DNA of 64,000 nucleotides. It comes from Nemertoderma westbladi (lineage: Eukaryota > Animalia > Xenacoelomorpha). The position numbers were made by a program, and so were the translations under genes. The notes beneath the pieces are model-generated. The model saw only the letters and a list, made by a program, of their open reading frames with translations, was not told where the DNA came from and did not search any database. Positions 14,017 through 25,632 of this stretch are shown in pieces. The stretch spans positions 62,001 to 126,000 of the forward strand of contig JAUCBJ010001616.1 in assembly GCA_032718475.1 (NCBI GenBank), written 5' to 3'. Every line of letters begins with the position of its first letter. The first letter of the stretch is position 1.

Positions 14017-14386
14017 TTCATTGTGTCAAGTTCAATGCACACATCTCCAACCAGACATTATATAACATTGGAGGTGTCTCATTGGTTCCCCCAAGCTTGA
14101 CACTAGAACAAAGCGCCTCCGCTTTGCAGGACATTGCTTTCGCCGTGAGGACCAGCCAGTGCATAATCTTGTACTTTGGCAGCCTCATGGAGTGAATAAG
14201 CATGGTGGACAGCCCATGACTTTCTTGAGACGCATCTTAAAGGACACTGGCCTTGAAGATGCGGATGATCTAGCAAATGTCATGGGTGATAGGGAGTTAT
14301 GGCGGTGTAATTTTGTCGATAAGCCGGCACAGCATTCTTAAAAATGCAGCTGCAATGCAGCATGCCGATCCTAGTAGTAGTAGTAG
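14017..14386 (+). mobile_element. 5'-truncated RTE LINE 3' end with (TAG)n tail
   Basis: RLRFAGHCFRREDQPVHNLVLWQP..GGQPMTF. The tail GCAGCATGCCGATCCTAGTAGTAG also occurs at ~23405, ~37025, ~63822 and inverted at ~57545. Confidence 0.85.
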
Positions 14387-14995
14387 GCACTGAAGCCCTC
14401 AATGACTTATTTAGTTGATGGGGCATACCAACCCACTCTTGATCAACTAAATAATGAATAGGCTACTGGCACAGATTGGGCTGCCATACTGGGCCGACAG
14501 CTAAAGATAGTACCACAATACTGCCACAGTGGTAGCAGGATCTGTGGATCCTGACATGACACACATATAATGTATAAAAACAAGCAATAAAATCATAAAA
14601 TTCAAATGAAATTTAATTATTAAATCGTGACAATATGAATGAGCGAATATAAATTGCAGGTAAAATAATATTATAAATAATAAATAATTATATATAAATA
14701 AATAAATATATGTAAATATATGTAAGTGTATATTATTAAATATATATACACACTAAAATTGGAATTTGATTTAATTGGAAATTGATTTAATAATAGTCAA
14801 GTAGAAGTAGACAACCCAGAAAAAAATATGGCCAAACTAAGCTTGATTTGCAACAGTGAGTGGTCTGCAGTAACATATCCAAAATCCTCAAAAGTCCAAC
14901 CAAACTTCCGCATCTGCATAAAAATCCGAACAAACTTATGCATCTGCTTACTATGTCAGCTAAGATTAAATTATTTTAAATTTTTGCAATTGTAG

Positions 14996-15118
14996 ATATA
15001 GCTGTTGAAATTCGAAGAACAATTATTAGGAAAGAAGGTTATCGAGTGACATATAGGAATCTAGGTGATGATCTAGCTACCTGTTACTGGTTCATTTTCG
15101 AGGCCATTACGACAATTG
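14996..15118 (+). CDS. K2P paralog A, exon 2 (pore helix 1 to TTIG)
   Basis: Acceptor ttgtag at 14995; encodes DIAVEIRRTIIRKEGYRVTYRNLGDDLATCYWFIFEAITTIG; donor gttagt. 123 nt, phase 1-1, same length as paralog B exon 2. Not in the ORF track. Confidence 0.9.
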
Positions 15119-16626
15119 GTTAGTTAAACTTAAACAGTTATTAATTCTCATTCAGGGCCAATTCGACAGTACAGTAGGTTAGTTAGCCATAGCCAACCTC
15201 ACATTGCTGCAAAAATTTGTTTCAGCATCATATTGCAAGCTCCCTCTCACCTGCAAGTTTTGTTGCAGCAATTTTTATCGACATTTTTGAGAAATTTGAA
15301 GTAAACCTAGTTGAAGTAACAGAAGTTGCATCATGTGTGGCAGGCCTAAGACAATGTAACTGCTACTTGTTCATGTGGTTGAAATAGGCAATAATTTAGC
15401 CTGTATGGCCGTGTATTCCAACAATATTGTAGTTCAGGTTTGTGGACTGAAATTTAAAAAATTATTATGAATAAAAGTAATTATTGTATATGAATTGTAT
15501 ATGTGTAAATATTACAAGAATTAGTTAGAGTTACAAATTTAAATAAATAGAGCTAATGTAGGTATATTTTTATTTTAATCATTATCATAATTTATATTTT
15601 TATACTGTGCCTGAGCCCTTCGGACCATTGCTTTACAGTGCATGGGAACTTTTGAAGAAAACTGAACTGAATGAGGGAAAGTGTTTCTCAATATTTTGTT
15701 ACAATATTATGTTGCTAATTTTGGACAAATTTTAAAATATAGAAAGTTTTAAATTCGGAAAAATAATTTTTATTTATGCCTTTTCTAGGTGTCTACATTT
15801 GTAGTCATTGGGCTGTCAATCGACCTATATTTTATCTATGACTATGGAGTAATAATTTTCATTTTATGTTTAGTATAATTATCTAATAAATATTTTTGTA
15901 TAATATTTTTATAAAATATATATATATTATAAATTATTATATATATATATACATACATATATATATATATAATGATAATAATATTTTAAGATTTCATAAA
16001 GTGACAACTTATATGATCAATCACTAAAAAATTTATTTTTTTTATTATTATCTCACACCCTACAGTCATATTCCCTAACTTTCTTTACTTAATTTAAACT
16101 TATATATATAATGATATATATATTTATATTACAATATATATTTACACTATTTATAAAAAAGTTCATCTCAAAATTACACTATTTATAAATAATATATTTA
16201 ATATAACAATATAAAGTAATAATAATATTCATTTTATATATATTTTCTTTATTTAATATATATTATAGATGTAACATAATATATATAATAATACATATAT
16301 ATTTAATATATATATTTAATTATTGTTTTTACAAGTTTCACCACATTATCATTGATTTTCATGATATCTCTGAAAACAGAACTTCAGGTGTAACGGTTTC
16401 CTGCACTTCACACACTGAATGCGACAGTTTTTCTGACAAAATACGCATCGACGTGGAGGCACATCATCTGGGTAATGGCCGATATTATCAAATTGCGCAG
16501 CTGGTGGAGTGCAGGAAGAGGGACCCGGCCGTGGTTTTGGATGGTAATCAGATAGAATGAGAGCCCTAACCACTGGTTAGGGCTGTCATTCTATCTGATT
16601 ACCATCCAAAACGACGTGAAAGCCAT

Positions 16627-17635
16627 ATGAAAAACACTGTAAAGCACCCGGAAAACATTAAAATTATTGATCAACAGGAAATTTAATACATCGATTACAC
16701 TGAATTGGTAATCTTAAATGTACTGTACTTCTCGCATAGCACACGTTAAGTAATCTCCGTAAAACAGGGAAAACACTATAAACCCTCTGGACAACAGTGA
16801 AATTTTACCTATATTTCGCTAGAAAGCGGGGTAGCTCAATTGGCTGAACGCCAGGCCTGCAATCGATTGGTTCTAGGTTCAGCCCCACCAGGGTCACTCA
16901 GCTGCCTTTCATCCACTGGGGTCGATAAATTGAGTACCAGTTAAATAACTGGGAGCAAATCTTGGGATAATAGTAGCGCCCACCCCTACCCTCGGTAGCA
17001 TCTATCGAAAGAGGAGCCTTTGGGTCACCTCAACTGTTTGCTTGATATGCTGCTAATAATACTAGGTGAAAGAAAAAATCGATCAACATGCATTTCAGCA
17101 CTATCCTTGTTTTACTGGTCAGCCAGTAGTACCAGTGTTGCTGTATTCTGGTATTACATAGTGTATTCCAGTATTGTTAGTGTTGGATCAATTCATCTGC
17201 TAAATGTTGGCAGTTGAAGTGCAGAAGTTGTGGTATTTATTATTAAGGATACCATTCATACCAGAAAACCGAACTGACTAGAACATAGATCTAGATCTTG
17301 CATCCGCGCTTCTAGCCACACTGGTATGCCACTTCACTATGTACGGTATCTCTGTAGGTAGGACCTAACTGTGGCCCTCTTGCTGTCTTAATATTAAATA
17401 CCGCAACATCTGCACTTTAACTGTTCAACATTTAGCAGATGACAAGATCCAACACTAACAATACTTGAATACTGGAATACACTAATACCAGAATACACCA
17501 TTAATGTTGTGATTACTTAATGGTGTGCTATGCGAGGAGTACATTGAAGAATACCAATTCAGTGTAATACATGTATTAAATTTCCTGTTGATCAATATTT
17601 TTACTTTTTCCGGGTGCATTACAGTGTTTTTCATC
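16627..17635. mobile_element. Fold-back/MITE-like element with long imperfect inverted repeats
   Basis: 16627-16756 is the reverse complement of ~17510-17635; ~17140-17240 is inverted to ~17395-17500. Confidence 0.7.
16825..17030 (+). mobile_element. tRNA-derived SINE with Nin/Deu-like core
   Basis: A box TAGCTCAATTGG, degenerate B box GGTTCAGCCC, then CACTCAGC..CTTTCATCC..GGGGTCGATAAATTGAGTACCAG resembling the Nin/Deu central domain. Confidence 0.75.
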
Positions 17636-17789
17636 TTTTTTTCTAGTGCTTTACTGTTTTACTAGTGTTTTCCTAATTTAGAATTATCCTTCTTCCTATA
17701 CAGCTATACCTGCTGTTGTTTATAATATACTTATTGGGAATTTGATCCAAAGGTAAATTCACAGCCAGCTAGCTGGGTTTCTAGTATTG

Positions 17790-18243
17790 AAATATAGTTG
17801 TAATCAAATCAGGGGACTTGGTTTTCACTCAGGAAGAACTCCAAACCCCAGTAAATCGATTTCAACTATAGAGACTGGAGACTACGAAGTAGGTTTGCTG
17901 TATTTTAAGGGTGAAATTTGGCAAATTTTGCAAAATTTTAATGGCCATGAGGCTGGGGTAGATTTATATGAAAATCACAATTTCACATTTTGTGTTTGTT
18001 TCCAACCTATTTGACATTAAATATTTGCATCTACCTTAACTTTTATCAAAAATACAAAATATCTGGGATTTTCAAAACTGGCATTGCCTTCTCAAAAATT
18101 TGAAATTTTCAAGTGTCGTGAGGCCCGCTTAGAATTTTTAAAAATCAAAAATTTTTTTTGCAAAGATAGTTTAGACCGATTTGGCATCAGAAAAATAGTG
18201 CTTCCCTTAAAAATAGAGAAAATTTTTTTTTCACTCCACCCTA
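17790..18243. mobile_element. Probable hAT-type non-autonomous fragment
   Basis: Ends in ..TTTTCACTCCACCCTA (reverse complement TAGGGTGG..., a typical hAT-like terminus); non-coding, inserted within the piggyBac. Confidence 0.4.
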
Positions 18244-18799
18244 CTAACCACTGCTCTCCGGAAATCTACTGTGGGACATTACGACTTTGGGCAAGTTCAT
18301 AGTACCTCCAACTTGCCACACAGGCAATATTGATGGCGTTTATAAGCAACGGAAAATACCACATCAGTAAGGTCAACCCCACCCATTGCCATTCCTTCGT
18401 TATAAGCCGCAACTATATATGGTTGTGTTACATTGACTTTTTCTTTTTCACCACGCTTATACCGCTTTACAGTGGATGTTGGCTTTGTAGTATCACAATT
18501 GCTACCTATTGTCACAACAGCGTTGTCATTCCATCGTCCTATCTCAACAGTACCATCGCTCCTGGAAGGATGAAATAAAACATAATTCAATTATGATTAA
18601 TTATTATTATTTATTTTATAAATATTATATGAGATAATTTATATTATTGAATGAACTGACACGTTATATTATAATTATATACGCATTCAATAGGCCTAAT
18701 AAAAAATATCAAAATAAAGCGAGTATTTATAAATTATAAATAACTTATGCATTGCTAGCATCTATATAAACGAAATCCAAGAAATCCATATATTAGCAA

Positions 18800-19945
18800 A
18801 ATATAGTAGATATAAAACACCTTATAGCACAAAGTACAAATTGCACCACTCTAAAGGGCCCAACACCAAGTGGGGGGGAGATCAATACCGATCCGGTAGG
18901 TCAGATCCCCGTAAACATGCGCCGTCCCCAAATCCAAGACCCCGCCACAGCCGACGACCACCGCGCAGACAGAGGGAGTTGGAACGGAGTAAGGAAAACT
19001 GGAGGCGCCTCCGAACTCCACCCAAGACACAGGCGAGGCCGCGTTCCCTCATACTTTGCCATCGCGAGACTAAGGTCTCGGCGAGGTGGCGAATAAGGAT
19101 TTCGGCCTCCTTGCACCACACCCCGTCGGTGGTTCTGACTAGTGGGTTGAAGGAGATTCGACGATCCTCACACACTGCGCCATAGTGGACCTTCTTAGCG
19201 CGGACCCTCTGCTGGATGACGGAGTCTAGAGACCGATTAACGTATGAGGGGGCGTCAGCGTTAACAATTGCAATGTCGAAAGACGCCACCCTCTGTTCGG
19301 CCCAGACTCCCCTCGCCAGGAGGTCCGCCCTTACACCACCCACCTCGCGGCCTTGTCTATCCAGGTAGCCCGTGGCCAGCGTGACCTCACGCTGGACACA
19401 TGACCCCCCGAACACTGTCGCAATCAGGTCCCCGAACACCTGCCGCACCTCGTCGTGACGCCTAATAATAAGCCCGCCCGACTTACAGTTCAGGGCGTGC
19501 GAGGTCGTAAAAGGTCTCCCACACCCCTCGCAGCTCGCCGGCAGACTAGGTGGCGTCATTCCGTACCTCAGATTGAGGTTGTCGCGGAACACCTCCGGGT
19601 CCAGATCAGTGTGATCAACAATGGAGGGCTGCGCAGACAACCACCCACCCGTCTTGTGGGTGACAGTTCTCTCTCTGTACGACGCCGTTCAGTTGGGACG
19701 CCAAGGAGAGCGGACTCCTGCCTTGCCTTGTACAAGGCGTCCTGGGAGAAGTGTCTCGCAGCCAAGGCGGAGGCGAGGCACGCGGCGTGGTCTGCTACCT
19801 GAAGTGGGCGTCCGTTCAATAAGGCGTCCACAACCCCCACAGTCCCTGCAATCGAAGTTTCCCGAGCAGGACCCTGTCGCATCAACGGGTACCGGATCCC
19901 GATGCCGCCATGACGAACCGGAAGAAGGACCAACTCCTCGTTTAC
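18800..19945 (-). mobile_element. CRE-clade (RLE) non-LTR retrotransposon, 5'-truncated
   Basis: CEGCG..HALNC zinc knuckle, RRHDEV, RADL..FDIAIV..KKVHY..FNPLV restriction-like endonuclease motifs; GC-rich relative to its flanks. Confidence 0.85.
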
Positions 19946-20477
19946 TGTACCTGGAATTTATATTATTTATTTATTTATCCTATATTTATTATTTATTTAT
20001 ATATATTTACATAATATTATATATTACCATAATTATGAATTATCGTAGTCAGATAGCATAGTATAACAAACAAATAGTTAAAATAAAATGAAAATTTCTA
20101 GAATATAAAATGTACAGTATATATCTATGGTGACCTGAAATCATAAACTCCACGGGGTTGCTTCTTCATAGCCTTTGAATCTTGGAGAGGACATTGCCCA
20201 GTGCGATTGTCACGAATAGTGCCAGTTGCCCTGAACCCATTTCATGCAGGTTTGTCAATAAGTCGTGGCTTGTAAAGAAATTGTCAAAGAAAACATGATG
20301 TTGTGACGGATCATGAGTAATGGATAACAACTCAATGACAACACGAGACCCAAGTGGTCCATCGATATTTCCCTGCGACTTTCCCTCATATATAATAGCG
20401 TAGTAAGGCAACCAGAATATCCGCAAATCATCCATAGCTGAAATAAGATATAATTTACAAAACTAATGATGAATACT

Positions 20478-22899
20478 GATGATGATGATGATCGGCTTGC
20501 ACTACGGTGCAGTGCCGGTGGCCCCAGAAACATAGCGCCCCCAGATCTTGCGGTCAGCCATACAATTTCCTAATTCATTCCTGTTCTCAAGTCCTGTGTC
20601 CTTGAGCAGGCGTTTGAGGAAAGTCATTGGCTGTCCACCACGTCTATTCTCGCCAGCAGGCTGCCACAGCACAAGGTTGTGTACAGGTTGATCCTGCCGG
20701 CGGAAACAGTGCCCAGCAAGCATTAGACGGCGTTTCTGCAGGGTGATGCTAGGTCTTGGCAATGAGATGTTACCATATTTATATAACACCTCATTGCTTA
20801 TGTGTGCATCATATGCTATGTTGTGCACCCGGCGAAGCATCCTGGTGTATGTGCCATCCAAGGACCTGGTGTCTTCAGCAGTTAGAGCCCAGCATGGGCT
20901 GCCATAGAGCAGCACAGGCTCCACTGCTGCACGGAAAAGGCGTACCTTTAAAGAGCATGAGATGTCAGAGCTCTTCCAGATCCTGGATAGCTTGTGGATG
21001 GCGGACCAGGCTTTCCCTTTGCGAATTCGGAGATCTTCAACAGACCTCCTTACCCATGATCCAAGGTAGCAGAAGTCGTTCACATGACTTACCAGTCCAT
21101 CCAGCGATTGAATGTTATCCCGATCAATTTTCTGCTGATCTGAATCCATGTTTACTGTCAGAATTTTGGTCTTTGTGCTATTCACAAAGAGGCCAACACT
21201 AGATGCAGCCTCCTCTAAGCTAGATAGCAGCTTCTGTGCTCCTTCTAATGTCTCTGAAAGTAAACCAAGGTCATCTGCAAAGTCAAGGTCGGTTAGATGT
21301 TCTGCTGGGGAACCACGTCTGCGGCTACCTGATGGTGGAGATATTTCCACCCCATCAGCTTCATGAAGATCGAGTGATGTCCGCAGCAAATAGTCCACCA
21401 CAATAATGAAGAGGAACGGGGCTAATGTGTCTCCTTGAAGGACACCCCAGAGAACCTCAAATGGGTCTGTGTCTCCATCAGTAGTGGATACAAAGGTCGT
21501 GGAACCGTCATATACTGATCTGATTGCATTAATGATCTCATTGGGGATCCCATATGCCTGAAGAATTTGGAACATGCGTGGGCGTGACACGGAATCGAAG
21601 GCCTTGAAGAAATTCACAAATATGACATCCAAATGTCTGTCTTTCTTTGTAGAAACCTCTTCAATAATCCTTCTAAGTGCCAGAATGGGTTCAAAGGTAC
21701 CTCTACCTTTTCGAAACCCATTTTGATTCCCACGCAAGAGTCTTTCTACAGGATCCCTAATGCGATTCAGCATTATTCTGTTGAATAATTTAGCTGCAAT
21801 TGAGATTAGACTAATTCCACGATATGAACCAAAATAGGAGAGGTTGCCCTTCTTTGGAATGGGTGTTAGCCGATTAGTCTTCAGTTCTTGTGGTGCAATC
21901 TTAGTGCGGTACATTTCTACTAGGATAGGGTGGACTAGTTGAAGGCATTCTCTGATCTTAAAGACCTCGGGAGGCACATCATCAACACCAGATGCCCTAT
22001 TGGTTTTAATGTCATTCGAAGCAGTTAAGACCTCTTCGAATGTTATGTCACCAATTGGGATGTCTGAGAGTATTGTGTGTGACACAGGCTTTACAATGAA
22101 ATCGTCAGTCAGTTCTCGATCATTATTTAGCAATTTCTCGAAATGAGACTTCCATCCAGCCTGCCAAGCGGTCGGCTGGAGAATCAGCCTTCACCTTGGC
22201 AGTTGGTCGGCTTTTTCTTCCAGAGAGCAGGTTGATTGCTTGCCAGGCTTCAGCAGATTTCCTGCTTTCGTCAGCAGCATTGATAGTATCAACCTGCTCG
22301 CTGATAAGCTTTGCTTTATTAATCGAGTATTGCTTGTTTAGAGATTTCACTGAAGCTTTCACTGCATTTTTTGCAGAAGTTATACGTCAGCTACGATACT
22401 CTCTTTGGGCTTGTTCAATGCCTCTCGCAGGTCTAGAATGCGCTGGTCTGCCCAGGGGATCTTCTTCAACTTCCATGGCTTTAGAGGAACAGTTTTCTTT
22501 GCAGCTGACTTTACTGCTGCAGCAAACTGGGTATATTTCTCACAGTGGTTCATTTCTTCATTTATGAGACTGGAATATCTATTTGTAACCTCAATTGTAA
22601 AGTTATCCTTTATAATGGGGTTTTTATCCAAGGTAGACCAGTCATGATGTGGGGTGGACTTTTTAAGACCCTTGTTTGCACGAAGGCTTAATTTGGTCTT
22701 TCCCATAACCAATCGATGGTCAGTCTGAAATGTCCGCACTGTGAGAGAAGAGCAGTCAATTATTGATCCTCTGTATTTCTTACGGAAGATGAGGTGGTCT
22801 ATCTGGGACTTATGACCACTGGGTCCCACATGGGTGTACAGCTTTCCAGGTCGTTTTTGGAAATTTGTATTGGCCGAAAACAGCTCATTTGCCAGAATC
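20478..22899 (-). mobile_element. RTE LINE, 5'-truncated, with intact 543-aa RT segment, (CAT)n tail and 12-bp TSD
   Basis: ORF 20502-22133 with QGDTLAPFLF and DFADD; TSD ATGATGAATACT at 20466-20477 and 22900-22911. Confidence 0.95.
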
Positions 22900-25632
22900 A
22901 TGATGAATACTACTACAGTACGAATATGTAATATATGTATCATATTTGGTAACAATTATTATTGGTACGATTATAGTACAAATTTTACTATCATTAGTGA
23001 TGCTAAATAAAGCCGCTGGGTGCATTATTGCCCCCAGGTAGTAATAGGGTCAGAGTAAAACGCAGATCCGGATCCAGATTCTACATTTAACATTGTCCCT
23101 ACGGACGTCGATTTTTTTTACATTTTTATAACTCCCAAAAATAAAACTATAACCTTCTAATACTATAACTATAACCGATAACCGTTCTATTGACTTTAGT
23201 TTATTGTTTTGGTTAAAATAACGTGCCACTGTAACCTGTTCCTTTCCCATAATTGATAATTTTGGAATCCGGATCCGCATTTTACACCTACCCATAATAA
23301 TATCTAAAATGGTATACAAATGTACAGTACAATATATATAGGCCTACTGAACTATATAATTTTGTTGACAAGCTGGCACAGCATTCTTAAAATCCAGCTG
23401 CAATGCAGCATGCCGATCCTAGTAGTAGTAGAACTATATATATATAAACATAGAATTTAACCTTTACTGTACTTATAATTAACCTTATAGCCAAAACGAA
23501 TAGGGTTGCCACGAATAAACTGTTTGCAGGAGTGACGTCCAAAATATGGTACCATACTTTCATCAATTGACAGCTTCTCATGAACTATACCAAATTGTTG
23601 TAACTGTTGATTTAGTACTGTAGATCATACAATGGAGAAACTTTCGCCATCTTATTTGAACCGAGATTATTGTTGTCAATAACATGAAGTGCAGTTTTTA
23701 TTGTCTGAAATTTGCTTCTACTCATAGCAGTAGCAACAATATCGCAGCTCAAGTCTTCAGCTTTGGACCAATAACAGCGTTCATTCGGTCTAATATTATA
23801 TCCCGAAAGAAGAATAATACCAATAAACTTCAGAAATTCAGTTTCAGTCAGCACAAAATTCACATTACCAGCACGTTGCGCATACTCCTGGGAATTCTTA
23901 ACAAAATTTCAACAATTTCTTGGCTAAAAATAATTCGAAACATCCCCAATTCATCCAAAGTCTGAAGATTGTTATACTTCGTTAGTAACTTAGATGAATT
24001 CCGGAGAAATTCGCTTCCCTTAGAACTTTTTGGTGCTTCACCCAATTCTCTTTTACGCCATTTTGGCAATAATTTCTCAATTTTCCGCTTTTTTGATTTA
24101 GTGCTCTCCACCCTTTCTGGCCCAATATCACATTCCTCGACTGCCTCATCTATGTCTGGATTGGTATGGACTTCGAGTTCAGCTGCAACTTCGGGAGGTA
24201 AACCCTCTGCAACCAAAAAATCATCGTCATCGATGTTTTCATTGTCACTATCATTACCTCCAATAGGCGGCCCAATCATTACAATGTCTACTAACTCCAT
24301 ATGACTCGGATCCACAGCCTCCTCAATGGCATCGGCCATTTTTATGAAACCAATACGTTTCCCACTCCCATAAAAGCATGATGTATTCATGTTCTGTTTA
24401 TAAAAATCGATAAAACACAGTCAATTTTGGAAGAATCTTAGCTGTATTCAGTACTTAGTATTCTAAAACTTTACAGTTCAGCATTAGGTACATTAGTAGG
24501 CCTATACCGGTAACTTTTGTACTGTACCTATAACAGACTCAATTCTTACAGCACAAATGGGAGTGTGCCAGTGTTTTCATATATAAAATGGGTGTGTGGG
24601 GGTTAATTATCATATATTGTATGATGGAATCGAAGTTTGGGATTGGCCAATTTCACATGATGTCATAATTGCCATATCCCATATACTGCCCAATGACTAC
24701 AAATGTAGTCATTGGCAAAAAGTGCATTTTCAAATAGGAAATAACCAATAGCTATATTTTTTTAAATCAAATAATGATAAAATACATATTTATCATTATG
24801 ATTTATGCCAAAACAAATATTTTTTGCTATTTTATATTTTAACAATTTTTCATTACAAAAGGGCCTCATTTTTGGCAAAAAACGAAAATTTCGAACCAAA
24901 AAAATAAATAAATTAAAAAATAAAAAAATAAAATTTTTGGTTAGAATCCTTCTCAAACATGTCAAAAACACAGAAGAAACACAATGACGTTAAAAAGTCC
25001 CTACATTATGTAAAACTCATGTTGCTTTGCATTAAATGATCTTTCTACAAATGTAGTCATTGGGCTTAACTGGGTTAATGGCATTTGGAGAATATCTCTA
25101 CTTGTTACTGCGTGGGTTAACGATTGAGTCGTTTAGTCGAACGATTAGTCAACTGTCTTACATTCTAATTCATTTCTATCAAAACTACTTTCATACTATT
25201 TTTGGTAGCAGATATGATAACCACGAGAACCTTGTGATGCAAATAGTTTGGTTTGCACTGGTTCTGTGGACAGCAGCCCCCATGCAAATTCAAGTGATAC
25301 CAATCCAATGGATGAGAATCTACATTCTGTAATATCATTCATTATCTGATAGCGTTTTAATGTATGACCCCGCCACCCAGCTCTGAGGAATCATTTGAAT
25401 AGCCGGCATCCACTGTCTAGTAATTATATAAAATCCTTGTCTGGCCATAATTGGTTTACTGGAAGTATCATCGAAGCGGTTATTAAATATTTTTATGAAA
25501 ACTACAAAGGTAAAGCTAGAGTTTTCAATAGGCATTTCTTTGAAGCAATCGAGTGGACCCAAAGAAGCTACTCCAGTAGTTCCAGCCCTAGGTCATCACA
25601 CCAAATCACCCTCCACAGTCATCACACCAAAA

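Larger units (their letters stand above)
15790..25074 (-). mobile_element. piggyBac transposon (PGBD2/3-like transposase with introns, pseudogenised), heavily nested
   Basis: Terminus ..CTACAAATGTAGTCATTGGGCTTAACTGGG|TTAA at 25074; same motif at ~15793 and as a palindrome at ~24690. Transposase pieces: ~24340-23485 ([15 protein letters not shown]), 20437-20135 (FFDNFFTS), 18561-18370 (YNEGM..GGVDL), 16570-16349 (CxxC..CxxC..H Cys-rich tail). Left TIR not found. Confidence 0.85.

Noticed and set aside
16825-16895. tRNA-Cys gene
   Set aside because: Broken stems and degenerate B box, running straight into a SINE core; it is a SINE head.
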